Assembly (NCBI RefSeq): GCF_021869535.1
Contig: NW_026262668.1
Location: 4,836,001 to 4,900,000, forward strand
Origin: Mytilus californianus
Taxonomy: Eukaryota
Reading direction: 5' to 3'
DNA: 64,000 bases
How positions within the stretch are numbered: the first letter of the stretch is position 1; each line of letters starts with the position of its first letter. Below are positions 26,409 to 37,236 of this stretch, piece after piece. The position numbers and the translations under genes are program-made. The notes under the pieces were generated by a model. It was not told where the DNA came from, did not search any database, and worked only from the letters and a program-made list of their open reading frames with translations.

Positions 26409-29400
26409 TATTTTTTATCCAATTTAAAACTACACCACGTGAATAATGAAAATTAATCCAGTAAACGCACAACACACCTGGTGAAAATGGTATTGTAACC
26501 AACTTTATCAGCTATATTCGGATGTTATTCAGGACCAATTTACTGATTTGGTAAATAAATTTTTGCGAAAGTGGTTCGCTTTGTGACTATTAACTGTACT
26601 CAATTGGGACTATAAAATAATAGCTAAAATCTTATCATTTATATTAAAAGATGTCTTACCTAATTAAATGCATCCCGAACAAAAGGTTTCGTGAAGGGTA
26701 GAAATATCAGTGAAGCAAACAGATTAATCCAAGAAATAATACACTACATTGACGAAGAAGAATAAGAGGAGTTATTGTTTTCTTAGATCAGTTAAAAACT
26801 TTTGATCAAATAGAATGGGGATGGGTCCTATTTTTTTTTGCAAAAAATCAATTTTGTATGTGAATAAACATGTTATTGAAAGATTCGAAAACATGCATTA
26901 ACACAAATGGATTTGTTTCTTAATATGTTCCAATTTCACGGTTAGCACGACTGTTCAATAGCACCTCTGCTTTATTTTATTCAAGGTTGCACAATAAGGG
27001 CTAATAAAGACATTGAAGGCATTAAGTTATCCGCTAATGCATAAACTCATGAAACAAAATCAGTCTCTTTGCAGATGGCACTCTATTATTGAATAAAAAC
27101 GAAAAATCAGTTAAGTCATTTGGAATTTTATCAATAAATGAATTTGCTTCTGGGGCTAGAATTAACTACGATAACACAAAAGATCTGTTTATAGGGAGGT
27201 TAAAAGGCAAAAACCTAGGTTTACTAAAATCAAATAGGTAAAAACAGTGTTAAAACTCTAGGGGTCCACCATGGCTATAAAATAGACGATACTATGATTT
27301 GGATTGATGAAATTAATAAAATAAAAAGTTGTCTGGAGGTCTGGACAACCAGAAACCTGACCTTCGTCGGCAAAACACTCATTGTAAAAAGATGATTTTG
27401 TCCTTATTAGGTTTGAAATTGACAGTCGTGGGATTCTAAACCAATATTTAAACGAAATAAACAAACTCATTTGGGATAATAAAGTTAAACAAATTGATAG
27501 TAACGTTTGTTGCTTAGATACTAAAAAAGGGGGGGATTGGTATGATAAACATTTTTTCTTTTGTAAAGAGTAGACAAATAAAATATTTATACAAGAGCAT
27601 CCACTCGGATGAAGAAATTTGGAATATTTTGGGTAAAAGCTGGTTAGAAAAAAATTGACGTAATAATTTATGAAGAGTATTTATTATGTAGATGCACAGA
27701 TCTATATAATTTTAGTCTATCATCAATTCCACCGTTCTATATAAATGCCCTTATCACTTTTTATCAGAACTAAGAAAAATATATACTCCTAATACGAAGG
27801 AAGAAATACTGAAAAATAGACTTTTTTTATATTAAATTTAAAAGAAAATCTCTATTTTTTAAATCGTTTATCAAGAGTAACATAACAACTATTGGTAACA
27901 TATGGAGTCTTGAGACGAATATTTTCCCAAACTGTAATTCTATATATAACCGACTTATTGATAAAAGGAATTGCAAAGCCGAGTATCAAAAATTAAAAAT
28001 GCTAGACATAAAATGTATATAGATATACTAAGGGGTATAGACATTTTACCGAGTCGGCAGGTCAATTTGTTAATCAAATTAGACAATAAAGACGTGTTCA
28101 CAATTTCAGGTAATAAAATAACACCAAAAAATTAAAACCGAAAGATATTCAACACTTACGTAATCAAAATACCATACGTATGCACAATTAAAATGGGAAA
28201 CTGAGTTTGATGTAAGTATTGACTGGAAATCAGTTTGTGGTAATATAAGAAATCTAGGTATAAAAAATAAAATTTGTGAATCCATAAGAAGTCCATACAT
28301 ATCATTATTTACACCGAATCTAGACAACATCGATTTGAGCATTATTTGGTTCAAAGTAACCTTTTTTTGCAAAATTCCCCTTGAAACAAAAAATCATCTT
28401 TTTTATAACTGTTAAAAGATCTACCCATTAATAATAGAATTAAAAACTATATTCACAAAAGTACACTTGACACAAGAATTAATTTTACAAATGAGAAATA
28501 TGATCCTCGGTTTTTATGACAGGCCTTTAAAGGAAATTATATTTGGCAATATCCTAATATGCATAGCCAAATGGACAATTTTGAAACTTCGAAATCTAAT
28601 AAAGTTTTAAAACATCACTTGCAATAATAATAGAATTTTATTGTGAACTAAATGAAAATATCGTTTTACGTTTCACTTATTTACAAAATGAAGAACCAGA
28701 TATCAATAATGATGTGGTACACTTATAATCTTATTATATCAGATAAATAATAACTTGGTCAAGTGTGTACTTTTACATTTCTTAGTTAACGTATCGATAT
28801 ATTCAATTATAAAAAAAAATGGTGATCATGCCTACCAACTAATTTACATTTATATTGATTATCAAAAATAGAGCAATGCACATAAACTGATTAATAACTT
28901 ACCTTGTTGTAGACAGGTATCACTGTTTATAGATTTGGTGTAATCGAATTAATGTATTATGATAGGTGTGTTTGACTGTTTGTGTTAATTTTGATAGAAG
29001 AAGCTACAATATGTGATTTTATAAGTAAATTGGACATTTATCTCGCATGTTTTCTGTGGACAGGAGTGAGTATGTAATTCAGGCACCCTAAGTCTACTAA
29101 GGTAATAAACCACTTTCAAGAACGATGCATTTCTGTCAAAAACTTTGGTTTTCGTGAACATCATTCGTGCGTTTAGGGATATCGTCACTTCCTTTCAATG
29201 TTGAGCGAACGGTTGAAAAAATATGATTGTATATTGCACGGATTATTCGGCAAATTAAATTCTTATAATTGATAATCAGCACTGCTGTCATTAGGGAATT
29301 GTGGTTAAGTACCTACGGATAAACGTTATTTCTAGTTTATCCTGCATAATGACGATCACGAAGACGCTTGATGAACTTTAATAGTGCAAGGATACAGGCA

Positions 29401-32400
29401 ATCCCCTCTATCTGGTAAATGACGTCATAAAGGCGCGCATAATTGACGAACTTTTCCGGTGAAGGACATAACTCGAAATTGGTCTATTGTAACAGGATAC
29501 TGGAAATAAATTGTATTTGAATTAAGAAAAAAAGAAAAGAAAAACACAAAAAACGTACAGATGTATGTATAATTAAATTACTTAGAATGATACAATGAAG
29601 TATAAAATGAGGTGTGGAGTATACGTCAATGACATATCACCACATCGACAACAATAATGAAAAGAAATCTAAAAGGCAACATACAGTTTTCAACAATAGA
29701 TATGTGTCAATTCAATATGTCAAGCCTTAATGAGATATGAGTTTTCAAAAGGGATTTGAAAGTTTCAAGTTGACAAACTGTATTGATAATTGTAGAGCCC
29801 ATCATTGAATATGGTGAGTCGACAACACACGAGGTAGAAAAAGAAGATAATGACAAAACACAACACACCCTTTCCTACCGACAAGGTATATATATATTAA
29901 AAAGAGGATGTAGTAACAGTTGATAACCTCCTCAATGAGTTGCTATTGCATTGATGTTTACACCTATACCCTCATATGCTACTTTTTTCAAATCATCTGA
30001 TATTAATTCCGGTGGTAAAGTGGTTTCATAGTTGCCAAAGCGTCAGATTATTTAGTATACCTCTGTTGTCAATACATAAACACCTGTCTTGTTGCATGAA
30101 TATATCTCGTTCCTGTATTGTTCTTTCATTTTTTTTATTTTCTATTTTCTTTTTGACATATAGAGGAAAATATTTGTTTGTGGTATACTTATTTTCGTGG
30201 AATACGTTTTTATCTTCAACCACGACGTTTTGCACTTACCGAAATGAATATTTTCCATTAAGTCCGAATGTGTTAATCCTTAAACCATTAACCCAAAATC
30301 CAAACAATAAATGCTGTTTTCACAAACATTGATTTCAAGGTCTTTAATGTATAAATAGACGAAACACGCGTCTGGCGTACTAACTTAAGAATGGTATCTT
30401 TGATGAGTGTTTTCGGTATCTGACATGCTTTTGTACTTGGCAACAAAGAAAAAGGCACATGACAGAGAGCATCGGTGACTTTGGTGTTGTTACAAATGTA
30501 CAGAAGTCAGACACAGAGGACATTTAACACATTAATACCGTATAAACATTTGTATTGAAAAACCACTCTTATTTGAATTGGAAAACAAACCTGTATGCTA
30601 TTATTTTCGGGCGTCGACTTTCATCAAATACGCTCGATACCACAGGACTGGAAGCCCAAAAATATGTAATGTTGTGTATCATAAGAATCAAAAGGGTCGA
30701 AACAGAACAACTGATTGAAAATCGTCCGAGGTTAACTTTGCCTGAGGGAGTTTGAACTTGGGTTTTATGTTAATCCTGAAAAGCGCTTCGGATGCATACA
30801 TTTATAACGTGTTGTTTTCATTTTTTACAGCACGGGGTCGATACCTCTGCTGGTGGACTATCAGTCCCCGATGGTATCATCAGCTCAGTAGTCAGTAATA
30901 AGGTACTGAAATGATTTGCACCAAACCTTTCTAAAATTGTCCGTTTATATATTTTGAAATTATAAAGAAACTAAGGTTTCAACTACCTCAGGCAAAGTTG
31001 AACTTAGATGGATTTGGCTATTTGTTTTATGTTCTTTTGGTCATATAGCTCTTTAACTGTTTCGATTCTTATATATCACTTGCTTTCAAATATTCGGCTT
31101 TGAGCGTTAGAAGGATTTGGCTATTTTTTTAGGTCCTTTTTGGTCATATAGTTCTTCAACTGTTTCGGTTCTTATACATCCTTGGCTTTCAAATATTCGG
31201 CTTTGAGCGTTCCTGATGAAGGTAAAGCCAGAAAAGCGCCTTGGACAATAAGATGTATAACGTGCTGTTTTAATTTTTTTTTCTTTAGCACAATACTATA
31301 ATTTTATTACTAGAAAGTCACGTACATTTAACTCATGCCAATACCAAAAACACCGGTTTCCTGATAGATTGTAGTAAATTATACAAAACATAAGTAAGGG
31401 ATTTTGAAAAAGAACTATAAGTTATTTAACTCCGTGTTACTGTAGAACATTAAGTTGCAAATTATGCAAATTACATTTATGCTATTTAAGAAAATATACT
31501 TTACCTAGAAAGTCTTTTTGCAAAAAAATTCTCTTAAACCTCTTCTATGCACCATCTTGAAATTGCCATGATATATGAGCTTCAGTTCGTGTTTAAGGTC
31601 TCGTCGTGACTTGGAGAAGAACTACAGCAATAAAACCATTGTGTATTTGCTTTTGTTATGTCAAGAACGTGTAGGGATTTTGTGTCATCGATACAAACAC
31701 TTTCTTTTATTTTCATAGATAGTGTCACTCGAGATTGCAAAACCCTAATGTGAGAATACTTTTCCATATCCCATTTACAACTCCTATTGACTACGGGCGA
31801 TTTTATAGCTATTACTTAATTAATCGTGTATATGGGCGTTCACCTGACAAATACCTGTACATTTAAAATTTTGTTCTATTAAGCTTCTGTCTCATTAACG
31901 TTTTCATTAATTCAAACTTACAACTCTTGTTATTAATAGAGGAAAGTTACTTTAAGATTTTAATAACTGACACGTGAAATAGAAAGACTTCGCCGGTCGT
32001 CTATATGATACATGTTATAATAAATAGCATTTTAAAATTCAATAACAAAATATTTGATCAAATATCAAATTAAAATCGATTGATATAGAACAAATCAATT
32101 TTAATCAAATTTGCCAGTTGTTCTGATCTTGAAGCTCTTCGTCTCGTTGCTTAAGATCTTCAAGCAACTATGAATAAATTTATGACAACTAAGATGAAAT
32201 TGCATTCGAAATCATAATAATGCATATTATTTTTACCCACATTTGAAAGCTCAATCACTTGGACAAACCAGTAGGGATAGAACTATCACTACAACGGAAC
32301 TTACCGCTACAGTCAACAAAACAGAAGCAGGTTCGATTATATTTAATTATACTCATACATACATCTTGCATTGTTTCCATCTAGTATATATACAAATGTC

Positions 32401-35400
32401 TAGTTCTAAATATTCTAACAGCTTTTGATATCATGAGAGAAAACAACATTAATAGTTGAACCTTTTTTTTACCATACAAAATTATACAAAAATACCCAAT
32501 CAATGTAAGGATAAGATTGTTGAAGTTGACAAAGTTAAGTATTCCTTAAGCGAATCTCCGGCATGTCTAATTGGGACTTTTACTTGTGCTACTGGAGCTT
32601 AAACGGCAACAATATCTTTAAAGAACCAATTGTTCTAAAAAAATCTAAAACATTTAAAACGTTGCAGAGCATTAACACAAATTTAACCTAAAAGAAGATA
32701 ATAGATTAAGGTCCCATTCGGCCTTCAACAATAGACAAGTGCCTTTTCAATAAATGAGTAGAGTTAATTACGGAATAAGTAAACAGAGACTACCAAACAT
32801 TTCTTTCGAAACCAAATACCGAAAAGTAACAACGAGAACCTCTAAACAGGTATTTTACTAGGGATTTGTGGTACATCTAGATTTCGAGATCTCAAACCTC
32901 AAGAAATAGCAGTATCAAAATCAGTCCTGTCACAACAACAATTTATAGCGTTATCCATCAGAGTCCAACAGAATGCAGATGTTAAAATACAATACATGTC
33001 ACCTTACAGAATTGAACAATGAGTCAGACCAATACCGAGTAGTGAACTATGAAACGTTAATATACATATACATTTTAATAAAGCCACTCATTTCGAAGAT
33101 GTAAACTTTGATAATAAAAACGATTGGTAATTAGTTTCTGTCTTTCATAGAAAAATATGAACTGTATATCAATTGTCAATTTTTGAAATATCAACCAACC
33201 TGCATGATGCATATTTAATATTTCTCTATAGGACAATTACTAACAATCTATATGGGATTGTTAAGTGCAATATCAAGTGTCATTGTACTGTACACAGGGG
33301 TGAAGATAATACAAGAATTTCGAAATCTGATATTACTTATGGCTGACGTATGTATATGTATAGTTAATATTTATATACTACGCTCCACATCCGCCAATGA
33401 CTGACATATTATGGTACATTTTGTCAGTCTGTCCATTCGCCTTCAATTGTCTTGTAATAATCCAAGTATGCTTTAGGAGTCTTTTCAAACCTTATACATA
33501 ATACTTGCATCGACTCCCTTTTGGAAAATATTTCGTTCTATAGTTATTGGACGAGCTACATTTTAAGCTTGTATCTTCGTAGACCAATTTTGCTTTGTCA
33601 AATCATTGTGCATTTTTTCCCATAAATTATGTTTTGTTTTACATTGACATGAAAGACAAGCTATACTGATTTTACGTTTTTATGTTATATTAGGTATTTA
33701 CAAGATTGTCACATGATGTTTGGTTTCACACAGACAAACTCCTTTCGATTTTGACGATTTTGTAAATTGAATTTAAATGATCATTCTATAAATTAACCTC
33801 CCTACTAACATGGTGATATATCGATATGAAAATTTAAAAATCGACTACGATGAGAAAAATACACCACACACTGTTAGATTGGATACAGGAAGAGTTAAAT
33901 ATCTCCAACGATGGGAACAAAATGACTCTTCGATGAAATAGAATTATGGTAAAACAACAAGACAATTTCAAAACTTAAATCATAGAAAAAAATTAAAAAT
34001 TGGTACCATGAACCCCGCCATATAGTTCAAATAATGTCAGGTACCATGAAAGCGTAATGATTTTCTTCTGCATTAAATAATCCATTGAATAAGTCATTAA
34101 CAATAAAAGGAGACATGATCGTGGCAACTTCACTAAAAATAATCGTATTTATTTGTTCAACTGGTATCTGGGTTACCCGAACAAAGCTATGATGGTGTAC
34201 GAGAACAATACAAAACAAATTAGACACCACAGAAGAGAACGAATAAACCATGGGCAATCGATTTGAAACCTAAAACTTTATCAACCAACGGAATAAATGA
34301 AAAACAACTGTCATATTCCTGACTTGGTACAAGCATTTTCAGAATAAAACATAATTCGAAGAATCATAGACAACATTATGACAAAATATACCCAACGAAA
34401 CAAAACTCCGAACACTTTTACCAGGTTGACCTACAAAAGCCCAACCATAAACTGGGGCTGAACTCGGTGTTCCAGACTAGAAGAGTTAGCTCCAATGGTA
34501 ACACACATCGTGCCACTCATGTGGAAATGCGTTGACCAGTCATCATTAGGCATAATACAGTAGCGACAACAGCGGATTGCTAAATGACTCTATCTCGTCT
34601 ATCATTACGACATTACAAAATTGATAAAATTGCGAGTGATGTGAATGGTCTTACCCTAAAGTTTAAATGAATGTGAAGCTTTAAAAGGAAAACGTGGTTT
34701 GACTATGGCAAAAAAAAGAGACTGTTTCCATTAGACAAAACACAAAAATGAAATTACAATACAAAACACAAAAAAGGAATTAATATACACATCATTAAGG
34801 CAAATTAATGAAATTAGGGGTAAATCCAGCTGCTTCGGAGGGATAAGCAGTTCATGCTCCACTTCTGACACCCGTTAATCACGGAACATATCCGTGGTAA
34901 TCTGGGACATGATTTTCCATAACAGTCAACCAAATCATAATGCCATCCTTGTGGACATGTTTGTTTTTTGTCGTTTTCTCTTTTTTCAGTTTTTTGTAAG
35001 ACACATGAGTTTTGAATGTTTCCTAGGTATTTCTTGCCTTTTTTGTTACAGCTGATGAATAGTTTTAGAATTCTATAAATTTGAAACTGATGTTGTTGCA
35101 GGTTAAGATAAACTTTTTCTTTAACTGACTACATATCCACATGCTCGTTAAAAAATAGTCTCATTGAGACGTATGACTTATACTTTCTGTCCAGGAATTG
35201 ATGGAATATCAATATTTAAAAATGCTGTGTCTGTTTTAATCTCCGGCAAAAGTACAATGTAACAAAATTAACACAGTTGAGATGAAATTATAATAATGCA
35301 CTTTCTTGAATTTCCTTTATAGATTATTTTTCAAACTCTATTTCTTGATCGACTACTACTGTGATTTTATTCGTGGAATACCAATTATCGTGGTTTTTGT

Positions 35401-36689
35401 GATGACTTTATCCAGAATTTAAGTGTCCAACGAAATATAACAACTGTTGTACAAGACATGGAAATATCCCCATATAGGTTTGACTACATGGTTTCGGGCA
35501 TTTAATCTAGAGAATACATCGAATATCAGCAAACGCACTATGAACTACATATGCAACTAGACAGGATTTTACCCATTTAATCTTTAAAACTATTTACTGT
35601 ACAACTTTTAAATTTGTATTCTCATGAAAAATTAGTTTTGTTCAAATAAAGTCAGACCTCAGGTGATGATATGCGACGATGACGTGTTCATTGTTTCTTC
35701 TCATCATTCTCATACGAAAACAAATCATATTGGGCTTTTTTTTTTATTTCCTAAAAATTAATTCTACAATTCGAAGTAAATTTGTAGCATTTTTTATGTT
35801 ACCTTTTTTTTAAGAGACATGTTTATCGCCCACTTAACACCCTTGATGTTTGTTAATCTGTTGATCATTCGATCTCGGGTTAATTAGTGTCTTATGATGA
35901 CACGTGTGCAACAATCAAAATGTTTACTTTGCAATTGCCTTCAATCGAGACAATTTATAAGCATAGGTGACTAAACCTATTTCCAAAAGCAATTATTTAT
36001 TTACAAATTTGATGAATATTGTCAGTAATGAAAGAAGAAGAAGTGAAAATTGACACATTATTTTACAATATCCTACAAAACATTATAAAACAGCATATGA
36101 TTACTTTAAAAAATCTTCGTTTCTTATTTTTTTCCTTAGAAAACTAGAATCCACGAATTTAAGAACCCACGAATAAAAGTACTTTCACAGTATATCTAAG
36201 TTTTAAAAAAAAATCAAAAATCGGTTTTGGTGTTGATCTATCAACGATTAGGGAAAGTACTGAAGATACAATGTCTGTTAAAACAAATGTATACATCTGT
36301 TACTTTCAAATGGAATTTGATGCGACTGTCATACAAGTGAGAGGTTTAGCTAGCTATAAAACCAGGTTCAATCCACCATTTTCTACATAAGAAAATGCCG
36401 GTACCAAGTCAGGAATATGACAGTTGTTATCAATTCGTTTGATGTGTTTGAACTTTTGATTTTGCCATTTGATTGGGGACTTTCCTTTTTGAATTTTCCT
36501 CGGAGTTCAGTTTTTTTGTGATTTTACTTTTTTCTGTTACAGGGGAATATAACGAAGAAAGAAGTTGAAAAACATATGTATGATAAAATTATAATTCAAA
36601 TGGTAGAAATGAATGATGATTGTGTATTCACTAAAGGAGAACATACTAGAAACATTCCACCCATTAATTACACAGATATTATTGAATAA
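11935..36689 (+). CDS. Gene 1 (spliced, 5'-incomplete): predicted type I membrane receptor, CTLD-CTLD-PAN/apple-stalk-TM-cytoplasmic tail with ITIM-like motif
   Basis: Manual join(11935-12088,17597-17823,18715-18868,21278-21459,22757-23005,24703-24795,29796-29885,32250-32330,33232-33347,36543-36689). All introns are GT-AG, all phases are compatible (start phase 1, then 2,1,2,1,1,1,1,1,0), and there is no internal stop: 1493 nt, about 497 aa. The last five exon types have homologues in gene 2. Confidence 0.85.
12488..15416. mobile_element. Non-autonomous DNA transposon (~2.9 kb) with ~154-bp terminal inverted repeats, in a gene 1 intron
   Basis: 12488-12641 and 15263-15416 are reverse complements with only a few mismatches (TAGAATCATGTGCA...). 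The termini are TA, and there is no coding remnant inside. Confidence 0.9.
17597..17823 (+). CDS. Gene 1 exon: CTLD1 C-terminal half
   Basis: Acceptor tttttactgcaacaag|T; donor CAG|gtaatt; 227 nt, phase 2 to 1. EITFWTIHRVTHEIPKRTRFYTNFPVGVGNNPNNLTSLSCVYCVLEVLVMMIGWEADNCEMVHHILCDDSEMWNA has FW, YTNF, NPNN, C, W-x-x-x-x-C and ILC. It is missed by the ORF track. Confidence 0.88.
18715..18868 (+). CDS. Gene 1 exon: CTLD2 N-terminal half
   Basis: Acceptor ttcctatattgaag|AT; donor GG|gtaaaa; 154 nt, phase 1 to 2, the same size and phases as 11935-12088. DSYEITLYEEKVVWSEAKKYCEYTDSALIVIDLRFNFYNIFGASWLALNLTG. Confidence 0.85.
19190..19885 (+). mobile_element. Probable Helentron-associated (HINE-like) non-autonomous element remnant
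   Basis: A ggcggcggcg microsatellite near the 5' end and repeated degenerate cores (tgaccttgacc; gatactataagcaataggt..tatatggaatgattgt x3) resemble bivalve HINE-type repeats. This is recognition only, with no database match. Confidence 0.45.
21020..21108 (+). repeat. 3' tail of a SINE/LINE family ending in (CAAT)n
   Basis: gaatatttgccactggacgtgaagcaacaatcaatcaatc... A related end (gaactatttgccacttgcgctaagc..caacaataaatc) terminates the 1965-2375 repeat. Confidence 0.5.
21278..21459 (+). CDS. Gene 1 exon: CTLD2 C-terminal half
   Basis: Acceptor tattttgcag|G; donor CAG|gttgtt; 182 nt, phase 2 to 1. VITFWSEAIDARYGGSSFISDGTLCVYGKTQLSRDMVATLQSSTESCKNPLHGFMCAKQT. ITFW and CVY are shared with CTLD1, and it ends in FMC. 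Confidence 0.85.
22757..23005 (+). CDS. Gene 1 exon: PAN/apple domain
   Basis: Acceptor gtatgttttccag|AA; donor G|gtatgg; 249 nt, phase 1-1. EKNPFIEMRNQIISNQLVTNNSIQRSVVECQEQCIDLKIYGLSCVGFNFNRTSKECVLLKTSELDYAFAMAEGISAYLPIPAK shows the C-x3-C...C-x-G-F-N-F-N...C pattern typical of 4-Cys PAN modules. Confidence 0.9.
23900..24270 (-). ncRNA. Decayed R1 retrozyme-like copy with a 21-bp x3 internal tandem
   Basis: The minus strand reads gagttcTTGATGAatttaaatccaGAAAaatgcttcggacgca (23936-23980). The body is colinear with 30830-31200, and accttacctgaggaagtggaa x3 lies at 24069-24131. Confidence 0.5.
24703..24795 (+). CDS. Gene 1 exon: stalk 1
   Basis: Acceptor ttttttcatttgcag|TG; donor AAG|gtattt; 93 nt, phase 1-1. 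VTIGEYKPIIESDVSTDRDIGNHANDKIDRQ; TIGEYKPI is identical in gene 2 exon 52145-52243. Confidence 0.85.
26349..26404. repeat. (GA)28 microsatellite
   Basis: Perfect GA run. A shorter interrupted (GA)n lies at ~37099-37133. Confidence 0.98.
26600..28620 (+). mobile_element. Decayed L1/Tx1-like non-LTR retrotransposon ORF2 (RT to C-terminal Cys/His knuckle)
   Basis: Frameshifted motifs: DYKIIAKILS..LKDVLP..HPEQKGFVKGRNISEANRLIQEII; VFLDQLKTFDQIEW; ISLFADGTLLL; SGARINYDNT; LIWDNKVKQI..GG..MINI; FCKIPLETKNHLFYNC. Confidence 0.8.
29796..29885 (+). CDS. Gene 1 exon (candidate): stalk 2, duplicate of stalk 1
   Basis: Acceptor gataattgtag|AG (weak pyrimidine tract); donor AAG|gtatat; 90 nt, phase 1-1, open. 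EPIIEYGESTTHEVEKEDNDKTQHTLSYRQ resembles stalk 1 at both ends (PIIE...RQ). It could be a skipped or pseudo-exon. Confidence 0.55.
30772..31275 (+). ncRNA. Retrozyme-like unit (family R1) bounded by hammerhead-like motifs
   Basis: 3' half motif GAAAagcgcttcggatgca at 30778, and full core CTGATGA(31213-31219)-aggtaaagcca-GAAA(31231-31234). Spacing is 453 bp, or 350 bp after removing a 103-bp internal duplication (31011 vs 31114). Confidence 0.55.
32250..32330 (+). CDS. Gene 1 exon: Thr-rich juxtamembrane stalk
   Basis: Acceptor acatttgaaag|CT; donor CAG|gttcga; 81 nt, phase 1-1. AQSLGQTSRDRTITTTELTATVNKTEA; the acceptor context matches gene 2 exon 49012-49077. Confidence 0.8.
33232..33347 (+). 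CDS. Gene 1 exon: transmembrane helix plus juxtamembrane segment
   Basis: Acceptor tttctctatag|GA; donor GAC|gtatgt; 116 nt, phase 1 to 0. GQLLTIYMGLLSAISSVIVLYTGVKIIQEFRNLILLMAD; same length as, and homologous to, gene 2 exon 44516-44631. Confidence 0.9.
35357..36192. mobile_element. TA-terminated MITE-like element
   Basis: tactgtga (35357-35364) / tcacagta (36185-36192), plus subterminal ttttattcgtgg (35365-35376) / ccacgaataaaa (36167-36178). Confidence 0.65.
36304..36532 (+). mobile_element. 5'-truncated retroposed repeat (family B) with 8-bp target-site duplication tctgttac
   Basis: tctgttac occurs at 36296-36303 and 36533-36540, and the insert ends in a T-rich tract. Related copies lie at about 11100-11330(-), 12150-12280, 34270-34350(-), 42830-43060, 55740-55930(-) and 61460-61552(-). 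Confidence 0.8.
36543..36689 (+). CDS. Gene 1 terminal exon: cytoplasmic tail with YDKI and ITIM-like INYTDI
   Basis: Acceptor tttttctgttacag|GGG; 147 nt to TAA. GNITKKEVEKHMYDKIIIQMVEMNDDCVFTKGEHTRNIPPINYTDIIE*. It aligns without gaps to gene 2 exon 41934-42080 (18/48 aa identical, stop in the same position). Confidence 0.85.
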   Translation, partial: GNITKKEVEKHMYDKIIIQMVEMNDDCVFTKGEHTRNIPPINYTDIIE

Positions 36690-37097
36690 GTTACCAACAA
36701 AAGACAAAGATTGATACACATTGCTAGCATAGAGACGTCTATATGTAAGGACTTTGCAGATGTTATTGTGATTGTGATACTGTTCTGATCACATGATTGT
36801 CATATTCGATTTAATTTTGTTCGTTGTTAAATTTAGAACTATTATTTTTTATTCGGTGCCATTTGAATGATATTGGATTTTTGCAGATATCTAAGAATTA
36901 AACAAAGTGTAAAACTACAAAGTTAGAAAAAGCAACATAATAGGCAGTAAGAGGTGACCGTTGCATATATGTTGTGTTGATTACTGACATTCTACCTCAT
37001 AAGTCTGTTGGAGGAGTTATTTGTGCAAGGATAACATACCTGTTAAACCAGATCTGGCGTCCTCACGTTTTGCTATTTTATCCTACACTTTTTACTT

Positions 37098-37134
<37 letters not shown>

Positions 37135-37236
37135 TCTGTTGTGATACCACTTGTTCGTCTTTTCCTTTTTCTATTTTTTGATTTACACTATGGCGTTATC
37201 AGTTTTTCTTCGACTTATTCACACATTTTATTCATT

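Noticed and set aside
35052-35078. Alternative short terminal exon for gene 1 (ttttgttacag|LMNSFRIL*)
   Set aside because: The acceptor derives from a repeat end, and the 36543-36689 exon is supported by ungapped homology with gene 2.
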